Source: Fimbriosthenelais zetlandica
Lineage: Eukaryota
Reading direction: 5' to 3'
Assembly (NCBI GenBank): GCA_977030845.1
Contig: OZ365113.1
Coordinates: 27,032,001-27,096,000, forward strand
DNA: 64,000 nt
Shown here: in pieces, positions 1 to 15,077 of the stretch
How the letters are laid out: each line of letters begins with the position of its first letter
Position numbering within the stretch: position 1 is the stretch's first letter
The notes under the pieces: model-generated
The model's database searches: none
What the model was told of the DNA's origin: nothing
What the model saw: the letters and a program-made list of their open reading frames with translations, nothing else
Made by a program: the position numbers and the translations under genes

Positions 1-2879
1 ACCACAGCCACTATCAGGGCTTCTGACCTGCCATGTAAACTGCCACATATCTTGGACTGGGATCTGTGAGCATTAAGGGATCTGGGTTAACCCTTACCAT
101 GTTTTGTAATTTGGTGGGGCCAAGAGCGCTATGCCATCTGAAGCAATCCATCAATTAACCTTGTGATTTTTTCTCCGCAGAATTTGAATGTTTCCTCCGA
201 ATTTTTTTTATGGTTTATTTTCAAATATGCAAAATCCAGACCCCAGCCCACGTCAGGAAAGATTTATTGCGCACCTAAAACCCTTAGAGTTGGTCACTGG
301 AAAATTCAGTGAGAAGAGCTGAGCAGTGTCTTCCTTGCCTCCTTTGCTCTGGTGATTACCACTGACACAGAGGTTGATGAGTTTACCCCTTGTTGTGTTT
401 TATAGGTGGTTCACATGATTTATAAAGACTTCTTGTCTTGTGCCCTGCATATCTAGAGGCTGGCAGTGTTAATAAAGTGGCATACGCCGGTTATATGGCA
501 ATTATGGACAGTTTACATCAAATACGATGGCATGCTTATGGGATATAGTCAATTGCATGGGAAATTGGGTATCGCATCGCATGACAAAGTTATGTTATCA
601 TAGCTTGCTAGGAGAATCATTTCTTATAAGGCACGAGCAAAAGCTAATAGGGAGCTATTAAATCAGCTAAAAATGAATTTATGTTCTTAATATAGGGGAG
701 CATAAAACAGCTGTAACTCTTACGCTGTTGTACACAGTACATGTCGATTTGAATGTCTTTTTGCAAGAGGTTCAAGTTATTATTGGATGTTGATGGATCG
801 TATTGGATCCAATATGCTTCCGAGTTTCATCTGGTTTGAGTTGACACAGGATAGAATACAATTAAATTCTTCTACAAGACATTTAATGGAACCAACAGCA
901 ATAAAATCTCATTTTAATTCGATTTGATTGAGCACTTACTGGCAAAAGGCTGGAAGAATCTGTTTCATTGGGAACCAGAACTTGGGATTATGGTAAACAT
1001 GTGGTTAGAACTGCTCTTTGCACAAAACCTGCTACATAAGATGGATACCGTGTGAACTGTCAACAGTTATTCACCCCTAGAAACCCATTATGGGAGCCAC
1101 ACACAAGGAGCCTTACAAACCCCTTTTGTGGCTCTCACAATACCTTCCCTTTCTGCCATATTCCAGCTGTGAGTCAGGAAACAATTTTCATTTGCCAGCA
1201 TTCACACTGCAGAACAAAAAGCTGGAGGTTTGGGTGAATCAATATCTCTCTCTGAGCTTTTATTCCTTTTTTCTTCACTCTCGCCAGCTGAATATAGAGA
1301 AATGGTGGCAGGAAATATCTGCCAGAGGCAGTCAATTAATTAGGGATAGTTTAGCTGCCTGCGAACTCTCGGCTTATAGTGCTGATTGGTGGCTGGTAAT
1401 GATGATGCCCCTGAATAAGCAGGACAAAGAAAATGGCAGCCAACCATGCACCAGTGCTCGGCAGTGGATCCATGCTGCAAGTTGCCTTTCCATTATTTTT
1501 CCTTTTTCCAGCCAGGTCATTATAAATGATTTGTTGTAAAGAAGTTTCAGATACTCATTCGTTATGATCAATATTGAACTTGTAGGTTGTCTGAGCTGGA
1601 GCAAGGAGAGGGAGAATAACTTTGTCTTCTCTGACATTGTTCAATCCCCTGGGCTCGATAAGGAGTTTGGATATTATCATTTCTTGCAGCAGTCAGATGA
1701 CATTGGTCTAATTCAGACTTGCTGGAATTAATTAGAATGTCTTTTTTATGAACATTTGGAGCGAGAGACAATTTCAATCTTGCTCCAGTGGATTCTCTAG
1801 TTTCGCCATTTTGATTTAATCTAATGAAATTAGCCATTGTTGTGTAACCCTGGTCCCTTTCAAATATTTTAATCTAAGAATATCCACTTCAAGGTGTTTC
1901 GGAGTAGATTCTTGAGGAGAAAAATAATATGATGGATTGTCAGAGCTACAAACCATGTTCCTCTGTGATTATTAGCGACTGTCAACCTGACTCGCTAGGT
2001 AGCTGTTCTCCACTTCAAAGCTTTTATGTATCACTACAAAGGCTTCAGAAAACCCAGAGACCTAGTGGCAAGCAATTTCTATGCCTACTCAGCCACATAA
2101 TTAAGGAATGTACCAATTATAGGCTTCAGGGTGGTTGTCATTGGGAGAGGTTCGCATCCCTTTTTTATGGTGAGTAAGCAGCCCTGGTGGTTTGAGGCTT
2201 TGATCGCAGTATGGAATATCAGGTATAGTTCTGGAGACAAGACTTCAGCTCCACTGATATTGGTTCTCACAAAGTGTTTTGTTGTCAGAGCAAACAAGGA
2301 GATATGGATATTGCAGAAGCCATGGAGTTGAGGTCTCCACTACATAAGGTCGGTTACTTCATGGGAGACTGAGAAGTCCTCTTCCGCCAGCTCCAGAACC
2401 AAGAGGATTGGTAAGAGAGACATTTTTAGGTATTTGCACGAACCTAATCTTATATGTTGGAGCAGCTAGGGTATGTGTAAATATGGCTAAATGCACAGAG
2501 CATTCCCCAGCATATTGGGTCTGATGTGACGTCTAAGGTAATTGATTCCTGGTATTTTTCTCCTGTCATATCTAGAGCAAATGAGATATAAAAAGATGCA
2601 CTGAATGATTGATATTAATGCATTGAATTGCAGGACAAAGAACAGACTGCCTTCATCCTAATAGTATAGTGCACTTCAAGTTAAGCGATTGATAAATATT
2701 TTAGATACATTCAAGTGCGAATAAACTCTTCCTCTTCACTTTCTCGCTCTCTGTCTTCTATCTCAAAAACTCCCATACAACGCATGGTTAAAACCTTAAT
2801 CGTCAAATGTAGGTCTACAAGTGTAAAAACTATTTAAAATACATCGACTTGATTTTTTTTAACTGCTTTTGTTATCCAG

Positions 2880-3010
2880 TCTACCGTCTGAATGAGTTAC
2901 AGAACAAATGGAAGCCTTCCCTCCGACTAAAACACACTTACATGAGCTTACGGCTACAGCCGAACACTTTTCTCTGAACACCAATATGTGTAAAATTACA
3001 CAACAATAAC
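2880..3010 (+). other. Candidate non-coding exon
   Basis: Acceptor gattttttttaactgcttttgttatccag and donor gtgagt. All three frames contain stops. Confidence 0.2.
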
Positions 3011-3150
3011 GTGAGTATTAACTGATCATGGCGTGACAGGGACTATTGAATTGGATCCCACCTTACACAAAGGAAAGTAATAAGAGAATCCACCCTGGGC
3101 GCGAGGGTCAAGGTTCACAGGATAGTTTCCCTGAAGGGTCGATAGGAGGT

Positions 3151-3213
3151 GTTAGTCCATTGGCTTCCCCAGTGTGGGCGTCACTACATCAAAGGCAATC
3201 AGGCCAGGTCTGT
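3151..3213 (+). mobile_element. Decayed CR1/L2-like LINE fragment
   Basis: LASPVWASLHQRQSGQV resembles the LEYASPVW...Q...IE motif C-terminal to LINE reverse transcriptases. The match is short. Confidence 0.3.
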
Positions 3214-5136
3214 CGGGACTTGCTCATATCAACTGCTCTATCAGCTCTCTATTGCACCGACAGAGGTTGACCAGGCATCATATATATATTATTCATCCAT
3301 TAATCTTACCGTATACAAAATGCTAGCTTCATATGGTACAATTATTGTTCTCCCCCTCTTTATGCAGTCATTATCAGACTGATGCATGTGGAGGGTGGCA
3401 TGGATGGGGCAGACACAGCTTCCTTGCCCCTTAATGAGATCAGAGTATGCCAGGAACTTAATGTTCCCATCTTCCTTGTTAGGACCTGATTGGTTTATGC
3501 AAGTTTAAACTTCCAATCCACTCTGCCTGTTCGATGGTACGGAGTCGGGACAAAGTGCCTTATATATGGGCCTATTTGTATGCTGGCATAGATGCACATC
3601 CTACTGTGTGCCATCAGTTCTGTGCCTTTTTTGTCGCCAGCCTTCATATTTTTGCTGCCAGGTCTTTTGTTTTCATTACTCGTGTGTATTCTGTTCGGGA
3701 TCAAGCAGAATGTCAAATGAGTTGAGCTTCCAGGTTACCAAAAGCTATCAGTGACAGGAGGCACGTCTCAATAATGTCAGTGAGGTATCATCCTCAGAGA
3801 ACTTTCCTCTAGTTTCAAGAGTAGCAAATTTACAATAAAAAACTGACAAAACTATCCAAAGAGACAGACATGTACCGAGCTAGTGAAGCCTCTAGACTGT
3901 ATAGGGACTTATTCAATAAAAGTGCTACGTAGCTTCAGAAATTGATAACGAAGTGAACCCCCTGCTAAATGCACCACCACCTTGTACAGTGTGGCCCAAA
4001 TTAAACTTGGCTGATGTTGAACTACATGACCGGAATGCACAATTCTCAGCTCCGTTCTCCACTCTCCATGCCTATCTTACCCCAGGGATGTCCAACATGT
4101 CCTATACCCTCGCCGGACTAGGCAACTATATTACTCACAGTGATACACACACATACACACTCAGTAACGTAAATATTCCAGGAGAGCAACAGAATATCTA
4201 TTGAATAATCTCTCCACCATACATTCATCTGAATATTGGATTTCTTGGGCAGTCTGCTCAGCCATTTATAAGTGGGGGGAGTTTTATATAGAAGCAGTAT
4301 AGCAGTCTCGGTACAGTTTCTACCCTGAGCTTATGCGGTGGGTTGAAGCTCTGGTAGCACAGCAGCACAGTCTAATTGCTTAATCAATAGTCATAAGGTC
4401 CGCTATTACATGAATACATGTAATAACGATTAGGATCAGCAAAGAATGGCAACTTAGATAGACCAATAAAAGGTTTCAATGAAATTATTCGCCAATTTTC
4501 AACTTTTAATAGCATCATTGGCAGAATTTAATAGCACTGCAGAGTCATCTTCTTTGAATTATTAACATTTTACTAAGTGATAAAATCCGGCGAATGAGCA
4601 GCTTGGGTATTAACACTTGTACATAGTTGTGGAAGATGATTTTTTCATATCTCCTGAATTTTATGAGAAGGTAACTGGTCCCTTTAAGATAAGATGTAAC
4701 AAGATTTGTGTTAATCCAAATTGACTGCACACTTGAATTCTTACCACGTTGCTGGCAATCATCACCCACATCCAACGAATGATGCCAATCTCCATGTCCC
4801 CACCACTCCCCCTTCCCCAAGAAACACATCCCCTCATTAAATAACCAGTAATAATCTCCTCTTTTCCTATTGTTAAATCTCCCAGCAAGTCCTCCAGGCA
4901 TTCCCACTTAAGTCACCACAAAGAGAAGCTATCTGCGAAGCCATCTACCAGGTCTGATGGTTTAAAGCCTCCATTTTAACATTTAAGAGCATGGCATTTC
5001 CCTCTTAATTCTCTGCCTAACATGGAATCAGTTGCTGATAATGACCAATTCCTCGAGATTCCTGTCGTGAGTGGGTGCAAAATTGGAGGGGAATGTAATC
5101 GTGCGCATTTCTAAAAAAAAACCTGGACAATCAGTG

Positions 5137-5165
5137 GCCGCCATTATGTTCGTTCACAGGAAGTG
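5137..5165. promoter_or_regulatory. Promoter-like YY1 + ETS motif pair
   Basis: GCCGCCATTATG at 5137-5148 and CAGGAAGTG at 5157-5165, followed by a CT-rich tract. Confidence 0.25.
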
Positions 5166-5177
5166 ATGGAAGGCTTT

Positions 5178-5212
5178 CTTCTCTCTCTCACTCTCTCTCT
5201 CCCTCTCTCTCC
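5178..5212. repeat. Imperfect (CT)n tract
   Basis: Directly visible. Confidence 0.8.
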
Positions 5213-8200
5213 ATCCTTTTCTACCAACCTTGTGTTTGAAAGGCTCATGCAAATTAAGGACCCTTACTTTGGCCGGCCTACTTGCAGATTTACTCAAACA
5301 TCTTCTCTAAAACCACATGGCACTCTCTGCTTTTGCCTTTTTAAAAGTAACTCTCTTTCTGTCCGCAGCTGTTTATCCAATCACGGTTTGCCTCGGTCTA
5401 AAAGAGTTGATTTCTTGAGTGACATCAAGAGAATGCATAATTAGATGTCATTTAAATAAAAGGATGAATTATTCAAATTTCATTAATTAAAACCAATTGG
5501 GAATGCAGAAATGGAGTTTGGGAAGGCATTAGGAAATCTGCCGAGGGTGAGAGCACTTTCCCAGAATTTACAAGGAGAAAAAAAGAGACAAGCTTCACAT
5601 CATTGATCTGGCTAGATACATATCTCAGAAACAGGCGAAGTAGCCTATTACAGCATCCATCCTATATGTCAGAACTGTTATAAACAGCAACTACTGTTTT
5701 TCAGAATGAGTTATTCTGTACAGTGAATTATCCAATGGACAATTATCACTTTCACCTGCATGGAAGTACTTTTTAAAAACAGAAAAAATCACGACATGTG
5801 TTTTATATTTCCCATAGACCTACAGGTCAGTGTACAACAGTAGGCTAAATCATTGTTGTGCAACGCAATCATACTTATACATTAGTTTTTTTTGTGAAAA
5901 TCTACATCAGGCATCTGATTATAGCAATAACCATGGAACGACCTTTCCAACTTCATCTTATCAGCTTCAGCCTTTGCCTTCAATTGATGGCAATGTTCTT
6001 TTCCTGGGTAATTTTTATTTTAGATGGTCATATAAAGCTAGGTTAAATAGCATCTCTTACTATCGATGATTGTATTGAAGCTAGGATTCAGATTAGATCT
6101 CATATATAAACAACAGACGAGAGAAGAATTACCGTGGCTTCTGGTTAAATTAAACTTAATGTGGCTTTAATTGCCTCACTACACATAAGTTCTCCTTGGA
6201 GCAAATAACATTGGTTGAGCCCAAGCAATAAAAAAGAAATATATACCGCTATATCTGCTGACTCAGTGATATTATACGAAAGTGGTATAACATGACTTTG
6301 AGAGGATGGTTAAGTAACATTTTTGAAACATAATAAGTTTCCTTCGTCAGTTAAAGTTATGGGACTATATAATATTATTATTTTAGAATATATTTCTAAA
6401 ATAACAACGTTTTGAGAATCCAAGTTAAAGCTGTCGCGTAATTGGCAGCAATAAACCGGTGCCAATTAAACGTATTAAAAGTTAACAACCGACAAAAAGC
6501 AGGCTTTAATTAGACCCAGGATTGATGTATGGTACTTGTCATATTTTTAATGGAGGTTTTCCTTCTAAAAGTAGAAAATCCACTGAATAATTGAGGATCA
6601 CAATGATTGCCTTGACAACTTCGCTCCCGAGCATCCATAAACCATATCAAATTGGTTTTACAATGGCGACGCCACATCTTTTCTTTGTTAATTGCTTTGC
6701 AAAATGATCAGACTTTAAATAAATTACCATAAAATTAGCATGGCCATAGCTTCCCACTCCATAAATGTATCTGCTTGATGGGCATATTTTGCGAGTCAGT
6801 GGATTTATTCAGATTAGAAGGCGTTCAAAGTTTATTCTCTAGTGTCCAGTAATAAGGGGAAAATATGTACTGTTTTCAGTTCAGTCAAAGGTTGGGATAT
6901 ACTTTAGTGAGGTCTGCAGTCGTTAGAGATCCATTTAGGGACCAATAACTTATTTCTTAACCATGCTTTAAAGGCAAGGATATATGTATATTTCAACTTG
7001 TTTAAAAAGTCCATTAGACAGGTAGACAAAAAGTGTTCTCAATAGAGTATTGAGTATTGCCTATTTCATAACCATGGGCTAAAGCATCGTTATGATCTAA
7101 GCTCCAGAAGTGAGCAATTATACCAAAGATTCTCCTAGTGTGACCATTCCTTAGTTTCATTTCAATGAGGCAATGTAAGTCAATGAGTAAGTTGTGTACA
7201 AAAAGAGTGACTTTGGTGAAAAAATTAGCTCACCTTAATACATCACTTAGGAGAGGTTCATACTCTGCATGAAGTTGCCTCAGAACTTTCCCAAGAATCA
7301 TTTAAACTTCTACTGTAGCAAGCGACCAAGTCCCTGGGATACGACTACCTGAGGGATTATATCAAAGGCTTGTATAATGTCCCTGGTGGACATGGATGGC
7401 AAGGCAGGTCATTCGTCATAACAACCATGTAGATATCACTCCCCAACACTTCCACTCCCCTTCATGTCTATATTCCTACGCCGCACAAAATTGAATATCA
7501 CCCCCGGAGAAGTAGACCTTTATACTTTCAGCTGGTGTAAACAAAGATAAAATCTCGAGAGAGGGATTAGGAAAAGCAAAACCGATACCTATGATTTCCC
7601 TGCAGATATGACGTGAGAGAGGTGAATTACTTTTTCTCAGCTCAGAGCTCCAGACGTCCAGGGTGCCTTGCCCCCTTCCCACGGAAGTAAATGGGTCTCA
7701 CATTATATTATTGCTCAGAGCATAGCAAATCAATCATCCTGGCTCAGCTACTTTTAAATAAGTGGCTTTTGATTGGTTGACATGATATCTTCGAAAAATA
7801 TTTTGCAGAAGAATCTCGTTTGATCTCGTTGGTTTCTTGAACAGCACTGAATTCCAGGATGTTTTGTATGAGCCTGTTTCAAAACAAATATTAGCCATAG
7901 ATATAGCAGTGCTAATATTCTATTTGAAACGGGCATCTTCTTTCCGATATTACACACTATAGTCATCTATAGTCATGGTAGCAGGCTGAGAAAAGTCCAT
8001 GTGGATTCAGCAGTGCTCGACTGAAGATGGGATTTTCTTATTTAGCTAAAGCTTTTAAGGCCTCGCCTGCATTAATTGATTGCTGTCTCTGTCCTGAGTA
8101 GAGACTAGCGAATCAGAGACCAAGGACCATTCAAAGGCTTCCAGGAAGCCAGGCTGGGGACTAACAAACAGACACTGCCAGGACTCTAGCTGGTAGTGGC

Positions 8201-11200
8201 ATCTTAATCCAACGATTATTTCTGAGGCTCTTGGTGGAGAAATAAATGGATGTAAAGATATTAAAGCCATTAGCCATTAATCTTGTGGTGTGCTTTTCAT
8301 GTCTTATAGTTGTGAAAGCCACTAAATTGTATAGGTCATAAAGATGGTGACCTAGCTGCCCTTATGACAGACAGATGATTCTGTCCTCTTTTTCTAATGT
8401 GAGAGAACATCTAGTCAGCAAATCGAAATGATTTCTTGAGAAAGTGGATTTCTGGACTTACTTCAAAATCCAGACGGAGGTAATGGATTTGACTGAGCTT
8501 TGGCCAACACACAAGTCCTTCAGCTCAATAGGGTCCAACAAAGTTTGGACCCAAATCGATCCCTTATAATTATATTTTTCTCTTCCTAGAACTGCAGATC
8601 CAATTCAATTTCAAAACTAGGTTTGGGATTGAATCGGGACTGGTCGGCATTTATCTTGGAATGCTTTGATGTAGTCCATCAAATACATGGGGTGAATGAC
8701 TGATGGACCCTGAAGTCAATCCAGTGGGTTGATCCAAACCTAAAAGGAATTCCTCATTGAAGGCTCCTTTAAAAATGGCTGGAATGAGTTTTGACTTTGC
8801 TTGAGGCTCTACTAATGAATATTGTGGAGAGCGATCGATTAACGAACTTAAGCCACAATGGCAGGCAGGCCATAATTCACCGTGAAGCACGGATATAAGT
8901 AGAATTCACACAACAATCACTCTTTCAAATGAATGGTATGAAGCAGTAGCTTGGCTGTTGCTCTGTATTTGTCCATTGTTTGGAACCATTATATCTTGGT
9001 GTACTTCGAGAAAGTGCTTTAACAAGTAGTTTGAGTGCAATTGATATAATGGCGCTGATAAGATGGAATGAATTCAATATGATTGTAAGCGTCGAAAAGC
9101 TACCTCCAAGTGCTATTCATTCAGATGGCTTTAGGATTAAACATACCTGGACATCCAAATAGCAGAACTGTACATACAATTATAGGGGACTGTTGCATAA
9201 CAAAAGTATGACTAAAAAATGGTTGGCTATTGCAGTATATATAGATTCTTTACAGGCCCCAAGCATGTAGTTGCATCCAGAATATTATTCTGTTCCACTA
9301 TGATTCCAATTTCCATCGACCGCATAGAACAATGAATGCAGCATGTTCTATTCACGGAAATAATGAAAAGCATATTTACATCTGAATAGTCTTAGTTTAC
9401 GGAGAGATTAAGTCGCTGATGGGATGGTTTTGGGTTGGCTTGGGAGGTTTATGCCTGATCATATAAATAGGTGTACCATGAATAATTTTACATTGCCTTG
9501 TATTTGCTCTTGCTCTGTTATACAGTACATGTAGAGAAAACCTTCAGGCGAGCTTGTTTGAATAGCCATCACATTTCATCCTGGGCTAATCGAATCAAAT
9601 AGAAGGTACTAGGAATTGGTCCAATTCCAAAATTATCTGAGTAAAATGAGTTGTCCGAATCACTTCTTTGTATATTTTCGACAGCAAGCGAGCTTTAATT
9701 CAGAGACCAGACCATTTGAATGGTACATCAACGTTCTTATCTCTCTATCCTATCTCAGTGATGAATATATTTTCATGAAATATCAATAGTTTAGAGCCCT
9801 TCATTTTATGAGAGTAAAGAGAATTTCACCATCTTTTTCTCCTGACTGGTACCAATAAACTTGGACTCGTCGATTGTGAGATCAATATTCGGAAAAAGAT
9901 ACTTAAGATGTGTCAGCATCTGTAGGCTATGGAACCAAATGTAGGTTATGGAACCAAAGGATAAAAATGCATATGACTGAATATCTCATGACTATAGGCC
10001 TAACATATTCCGGTCCCAACTTTTGTGCTAAGATGATAGAGAGGGTCGCTCGTGGGGTTTGGCCGGTACAAGGGGAACAGATATAAATCATCATCAGGTC
10101 CATCCATAGGGACCCACCTACCACGAAGTGCACATATATATATGCCTCCTCTTTGAGTATAAGGAATAGACTGCCTATCCCCAGCCTTCAGCTTTACATT
10201 TTGTCTCAAAGGAGGAAAACATGATTTGGTAAACACAACATTAAATAAAAATAATATTTTACATATTGGTATACCTTAGAGCCTTACATGAAAAACACAG
10301 TGGTTTTGTACTGAATGCAGAAAAGAAAGAAAATCGAAAAAAGAAAGCCTAAGGCACATTTTGTATTTCTGCCAAGAATACATACAGAGTAGATTCATTA
10401 AGTCATTAAGTTTGTTGTTTCCATCATGCAATATTTGCCCCTTGGCAAATCAAATAAACAGTCATCCACTTTTTAACTGTACATATATATTTATGTCAGG
10501 AACCAGCCATAGGGCCCATGGTTTATTCCAATGTTCATAATCAGAACTGATGTGGTCCAGAGGGAGAAAAACACCCCTCATATTCTATCGGCTTGGGGTA
10601 TTTTCTGACTGAAAAATAATATGTTTGGTGGATGACGGTCTGACAGTTACGTATATCCACAAACCATTGCTCCACAGGATGACACTTACATTTGTGGAGT
10701 ATGTTTATTTCCACTGTAAGGGAAGTTCAAACTCTTTGTACTCAATTACTGGGCAGTAAATGCACAGTAGCTTATGGACAGTGCAATGCCAGTACATATA
10801 GAAATGTTTGAATGGTTGAGGTGGTCTGAGGTGGTCTGAATATGATGGGCCTGTACCTTCCTAGTTCAGTAAAGGTGGGAAAGGTTCCTTTTGTATCTGA
10901 CTGAGTTTTAAATGTTGAACTTATGTGAAGCCACTCTGAAATTAAACTGCAATCGACAATTGATCTTCTCCTTAATCAACTATACCGAGTAAAAGAACTT
11001 AGCCTTGGCCACAAAAAAAAGTCAACATGCAGGACTGTCTTTCTGGAGGCTATAGCCCACAAAAAGAGGTATGCAGCGTGTAAAATCGTTAACGAGGTCT
11101 TAAAAGTGTGTTGCTAATTAATCTGATCTAATTAGTGAACAATAAAGGAGGTGAATGAAGGAGGGAGTAAGATTTTTTGTCATAAATGAGTAGCAAACAC

Positions 11201-12983
11201 AGGACTAGGGCGTGTATGAAAAGCAAGGAAGAAATTAAATTGCACTGAAATATTGATGACATTCGATGAACAAGGCTGATTTTGAATTTTGTTTGTCCTT
11301 GTATATCTCTCTCGCGAGTCTCATTACCATCTTGTACTATCTCCCCATAACTTCATTTTTCTTTTAGTCGGTCTTGTCTCTAGCATATTGGCTTATTTCC
11401 TACAAGTGACTGAGAGGAGCTCGCCCTTGAATACATCTGAATTGACACCGAGGTGATTTATCAACGAAATAATCCCATCAATTATTCATGAATGTTTTCT
11501 TAATGTTATAGCTGGTCCAGGTTCAGTTGAGGCCAGAATTGCCATTTTGGGATGAGAGGCCTGTTGGGTTCATGCGAAGTGGATGCTTGAGAAAAATTGG
11601 TTCTACTGGAGGCAACCTATTTTATTTGATTACGGTTGTCTAGGATGTGCACCACTTGGAAATTGTTATATCAATTGCAATGCTCCCTGAGGGCATGGTG
11701 CATCAATTATTCATGAATATATATGACGGTTCTCATTGAAAGTATAACTTATATGTGCTGAATTGCTGATTAAATGAGTCAAACTAGAAAGATTTATAAT
11801 ACCCTGCGGCTATAGAATCCATAGATATAAGCGGAATCATTTCAGGATATGAACTGACTTCGGTCTGCAAATAATCTTTGAATAATGATTATTTCACCAA
11901 AGGTGTCATATCTCAAGGATGTTTAAGGTGGCTGTCGGGCCGTTTCTTCTCTCATGGGGTCAGTATTTTAGGGTTGGTCTGAAAACATGAGTGAAGCATA
12001 TCATGGCTGCCATGGTGGAGGCTAACCTGCTTTACCCAGACCCTCAACTCATCCATCATGACCTCAGGTTATATTTAGGTTCCATCCCTACTGAAAAGGG
12101 GACATTTACTGTCATATTATGCAAAAGGACTGTATTAACTGTTCGATTTGTAGGAAAGCTTTGCCAGGCAGGCTCTGTGGTGAAGATCTGCAAACAGATC
12201 AAGAGCGTAAAAAGTTAAGCCTTCTGGTGGATGACGCTTGGAGGTAGGCTATGTGAGATCGCGGGTGGGGGTTGGGGAGCTTTAACATGTCCTACTATAC
12301 TGTAGCAGGGCCCTGTGATATGTCCAATAAAGCTGATTTATGATAATGCTTTTTATCATTAGCCAGAGATCATTAAGTGATATGCATTGGGACGGCACCT
12401 TGCAATGGGATTTGTGGAAAGAAGAGCAGGCTGAAAAGAGTCGAATGAATTGTGGCAGAATCTGTAAAGTTACTCTGGTCAACCTTTTTATGAAGAATGC
12501 AGACTGATTTGTGAAACTGTAATGAAGGAAATTCCATTTCAGGGGACTCATCGTCGTGAAATGTGGCGGTCGATCTAATTTCCTTTGTATATTAGCGAAA
12601 ATTGGCAACTTTTGCCCGGAAAATAATGTGGGAAAGGTCAGAGGAAATGTGGGTAATTACACTCCCAATTATCGGGGAAACTTAGTCCATAGCAACAGAG
12701 TTCGGCAACGTTGGGCAATTCTACGGAGTATGTCATTCATCATTAAATGAAGTCCTGCAAGTTTTTGGACAACCTTTCTGCACTTTTGTCACACAAAGGG
12801 AGAGGGGCTTAAAAAGCATTTCATGCGGAGGGTTATTTTGTGGAGCGGAAAAGTCAAGCAAGCCTTGTCTGACTTTTCCATCCTTTACTTTCCAACAGAC
12901 TGGTCTGTTTTTGCATCTGTCAAGAGGCGTAACTGCCACGTGCAAGTGTTTCTCTAGCCCCTGGCTATGGGCTTTGTACGTGG

Positions 12984-13025
12984 GGCTACTGTAGGGGCTG
13001 GTATTTCATTCCATGTGTTCGTGAC
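12984..13025 (-). mobile_element. Decayed LINE C-terminal fragment
   Basis: VTNTWNEIPAPTVA resembles the WNxLPxxVV motif at the end of CR1/L2 ORF2. Confidence 0.25.
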
Positions 13026-15043
13026 AGAGCCGATTTTGGCAGGCAATGATATCTCAACCTCTCTCAGAGGACTGCCTTTATAAACTGACCCATTATTCGT
13101 TCCTGGAAGCCACTCACAAACATCATGCACGGAACTTTTGGAAAAAGGTTGAGAATCAGATACAAGCACTCTATTCACCCGATCCTCTGGGTCAGGCAGC
13201 TATCGTGAAAGCATGGTCTAAATTGCAGCTCAAGTCTCACGTTGCACTGCTAGGACATGAGCTGACATGTCCTTTACCCCTTGATGATGTAGAGGTCCAC
13301 GAGTCTCATTCCAAGCCAATGTACATTAAATGAGACACGATCACGAAAGTATAAGAAGAAATCTCTTCTCTGGGACTTGGGGGCTACTTGGAAGTAACTA
13401 GCCCCCATTCATATCAACGCCGTTGGGTATGCTTCATCGAGTTATACCAAGGGAACAAGATTTATGGCCAAATAACCTCAATAGTCATGCTTGTCTCTTT
13501 TACTGTGGCTCTAGATGGATCTTGGCTTATTAGTTCATTGCGTACATGGTCTTTTGGTTTCATCAAAGGAACTTGTTTCCTTGACCCCGATTGTCGCGGA
13601 AGGACATGAGCTCATGAGCCGGGTCATGCAGAAGCGGAGAGGATGGTCCTTGGTTTGTGGCCAAAAGCCATTCAAGGAAGACGGCGGGGACATTAATCAG
13701 AGGGGATGGCTTGCTGGCCAGAGTGAGCAGTTTTTAAGGCCAGCCTTGGTCTCTGGAGGATCTGGTCAATGGTTTACTCAGTGACCAATTGAGTGGGCTG
13801 CTACTAGACCACAAACTTAGTCTCAGCACTTTCATTTACCCACTTCCGACTAGAAACTCGTATTGGATATTCTTAGTATCTCTTTACCAAAAACCTTGTA
13901 CTGACCTTGGTTGGCTCTGCCAATATAAAAAGTTAGACGTGCTATGTTAGTCAATTTTAAATAAATAAATGCATGTAGCTCTGATGTATGTAGGTCTTTG
14001 GTAGTAGAGAAGTTTGAACTTAGCTGCAAGTGTATTGGAAGGGCATTGCTATATTAATTTTATAAATTCTCTTGATAAAGTTTTTATGCAATCTTATCAT
14101 CAGATTATTGAAGGATTCCTGTGATTGTTTCATAGAAATATAAAGGCTCTTCCAAACAGTCATGTATAAAGTTTGTACGTTTAATTCTAGTTACTAATTA
14201 AGTAAACTGTCCCCTGCAGTGTTAGTACCTCAGCTAATGATAAACTGATGTAGATGTATGAGTCACTTGAAGAAAGTATTAAAATCCTTATTGGGCGTTA
14301 ATACTAGTTTTTCCCTATTGCTACTCGATACCGTACTCGTTGAGGCAATCATTCAAGCACCAGGGAGAGACAAAACCTAAACTCCTGCTTCCTAGATTCC
14401 ATGCCAGATCCTAAAAACACAATTAATGAAGCAATAGCGCTGTAATTAACAGGTAAAAAGCTTTTTCCTAATGACAGCACAATTCCTGTTGGTGTGGACA
14501 TCTGTCCCTGCTAATCGAAGATTATCTAAATCACCGTTCCAGAAATGAGTGCTCGTTTGAACACTTTTAATCTCTAGCAATTTGGAAATGCACTTTATAT
14601 GGAAATAACACTTAAGTAACAATCTCACCTGAAAGAACTACATTCATCAGATGATGGAGAGGTCCACTCACAAAGTACATGCACCTGCTCAATACAGGAT
14701 GAAAAAACATCCAGTAAATTGATGAAAACAATTGAACAGATGGCGAGAGAAAAACAATATCAGAGCCAAGCAAACTTCTTAAAAATGCAATTATCTAAAG
14801 ATCACAGTATCCTTCATCCTTTGAGATCAAGGGAGAATAAAAAAAGAGACATTGCAAAGATTGATTTTCAATTTTTACATAATATAATCCCACCCTTCAT
14901 TTCTTGACAATGTGAATTAAATTGGTGAATAATAATTATTGACCAATTTATCATATCTAGGCATGCAATTTAACTATGACAAACATAAAAAGCCTTTTCC
15001 TGTACAACGATTGAAATGTACATGCTTTTCTTTTTGTTTTCAG

Positions 15044-15077
15044 ACGTTGAGGCTGCTAACCAAATGACGATTGCATG
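15044..15077 (+). other. Candidate 34-nt upstream (5'UTR or start) exon, possibly of the CUB/LDLa gene
   Basis: Consensus acceptor ttttctttttgttttcag and consensus donor g|gtaagta flank the 34 nt. No transcript evidence. Confidence 0.3.
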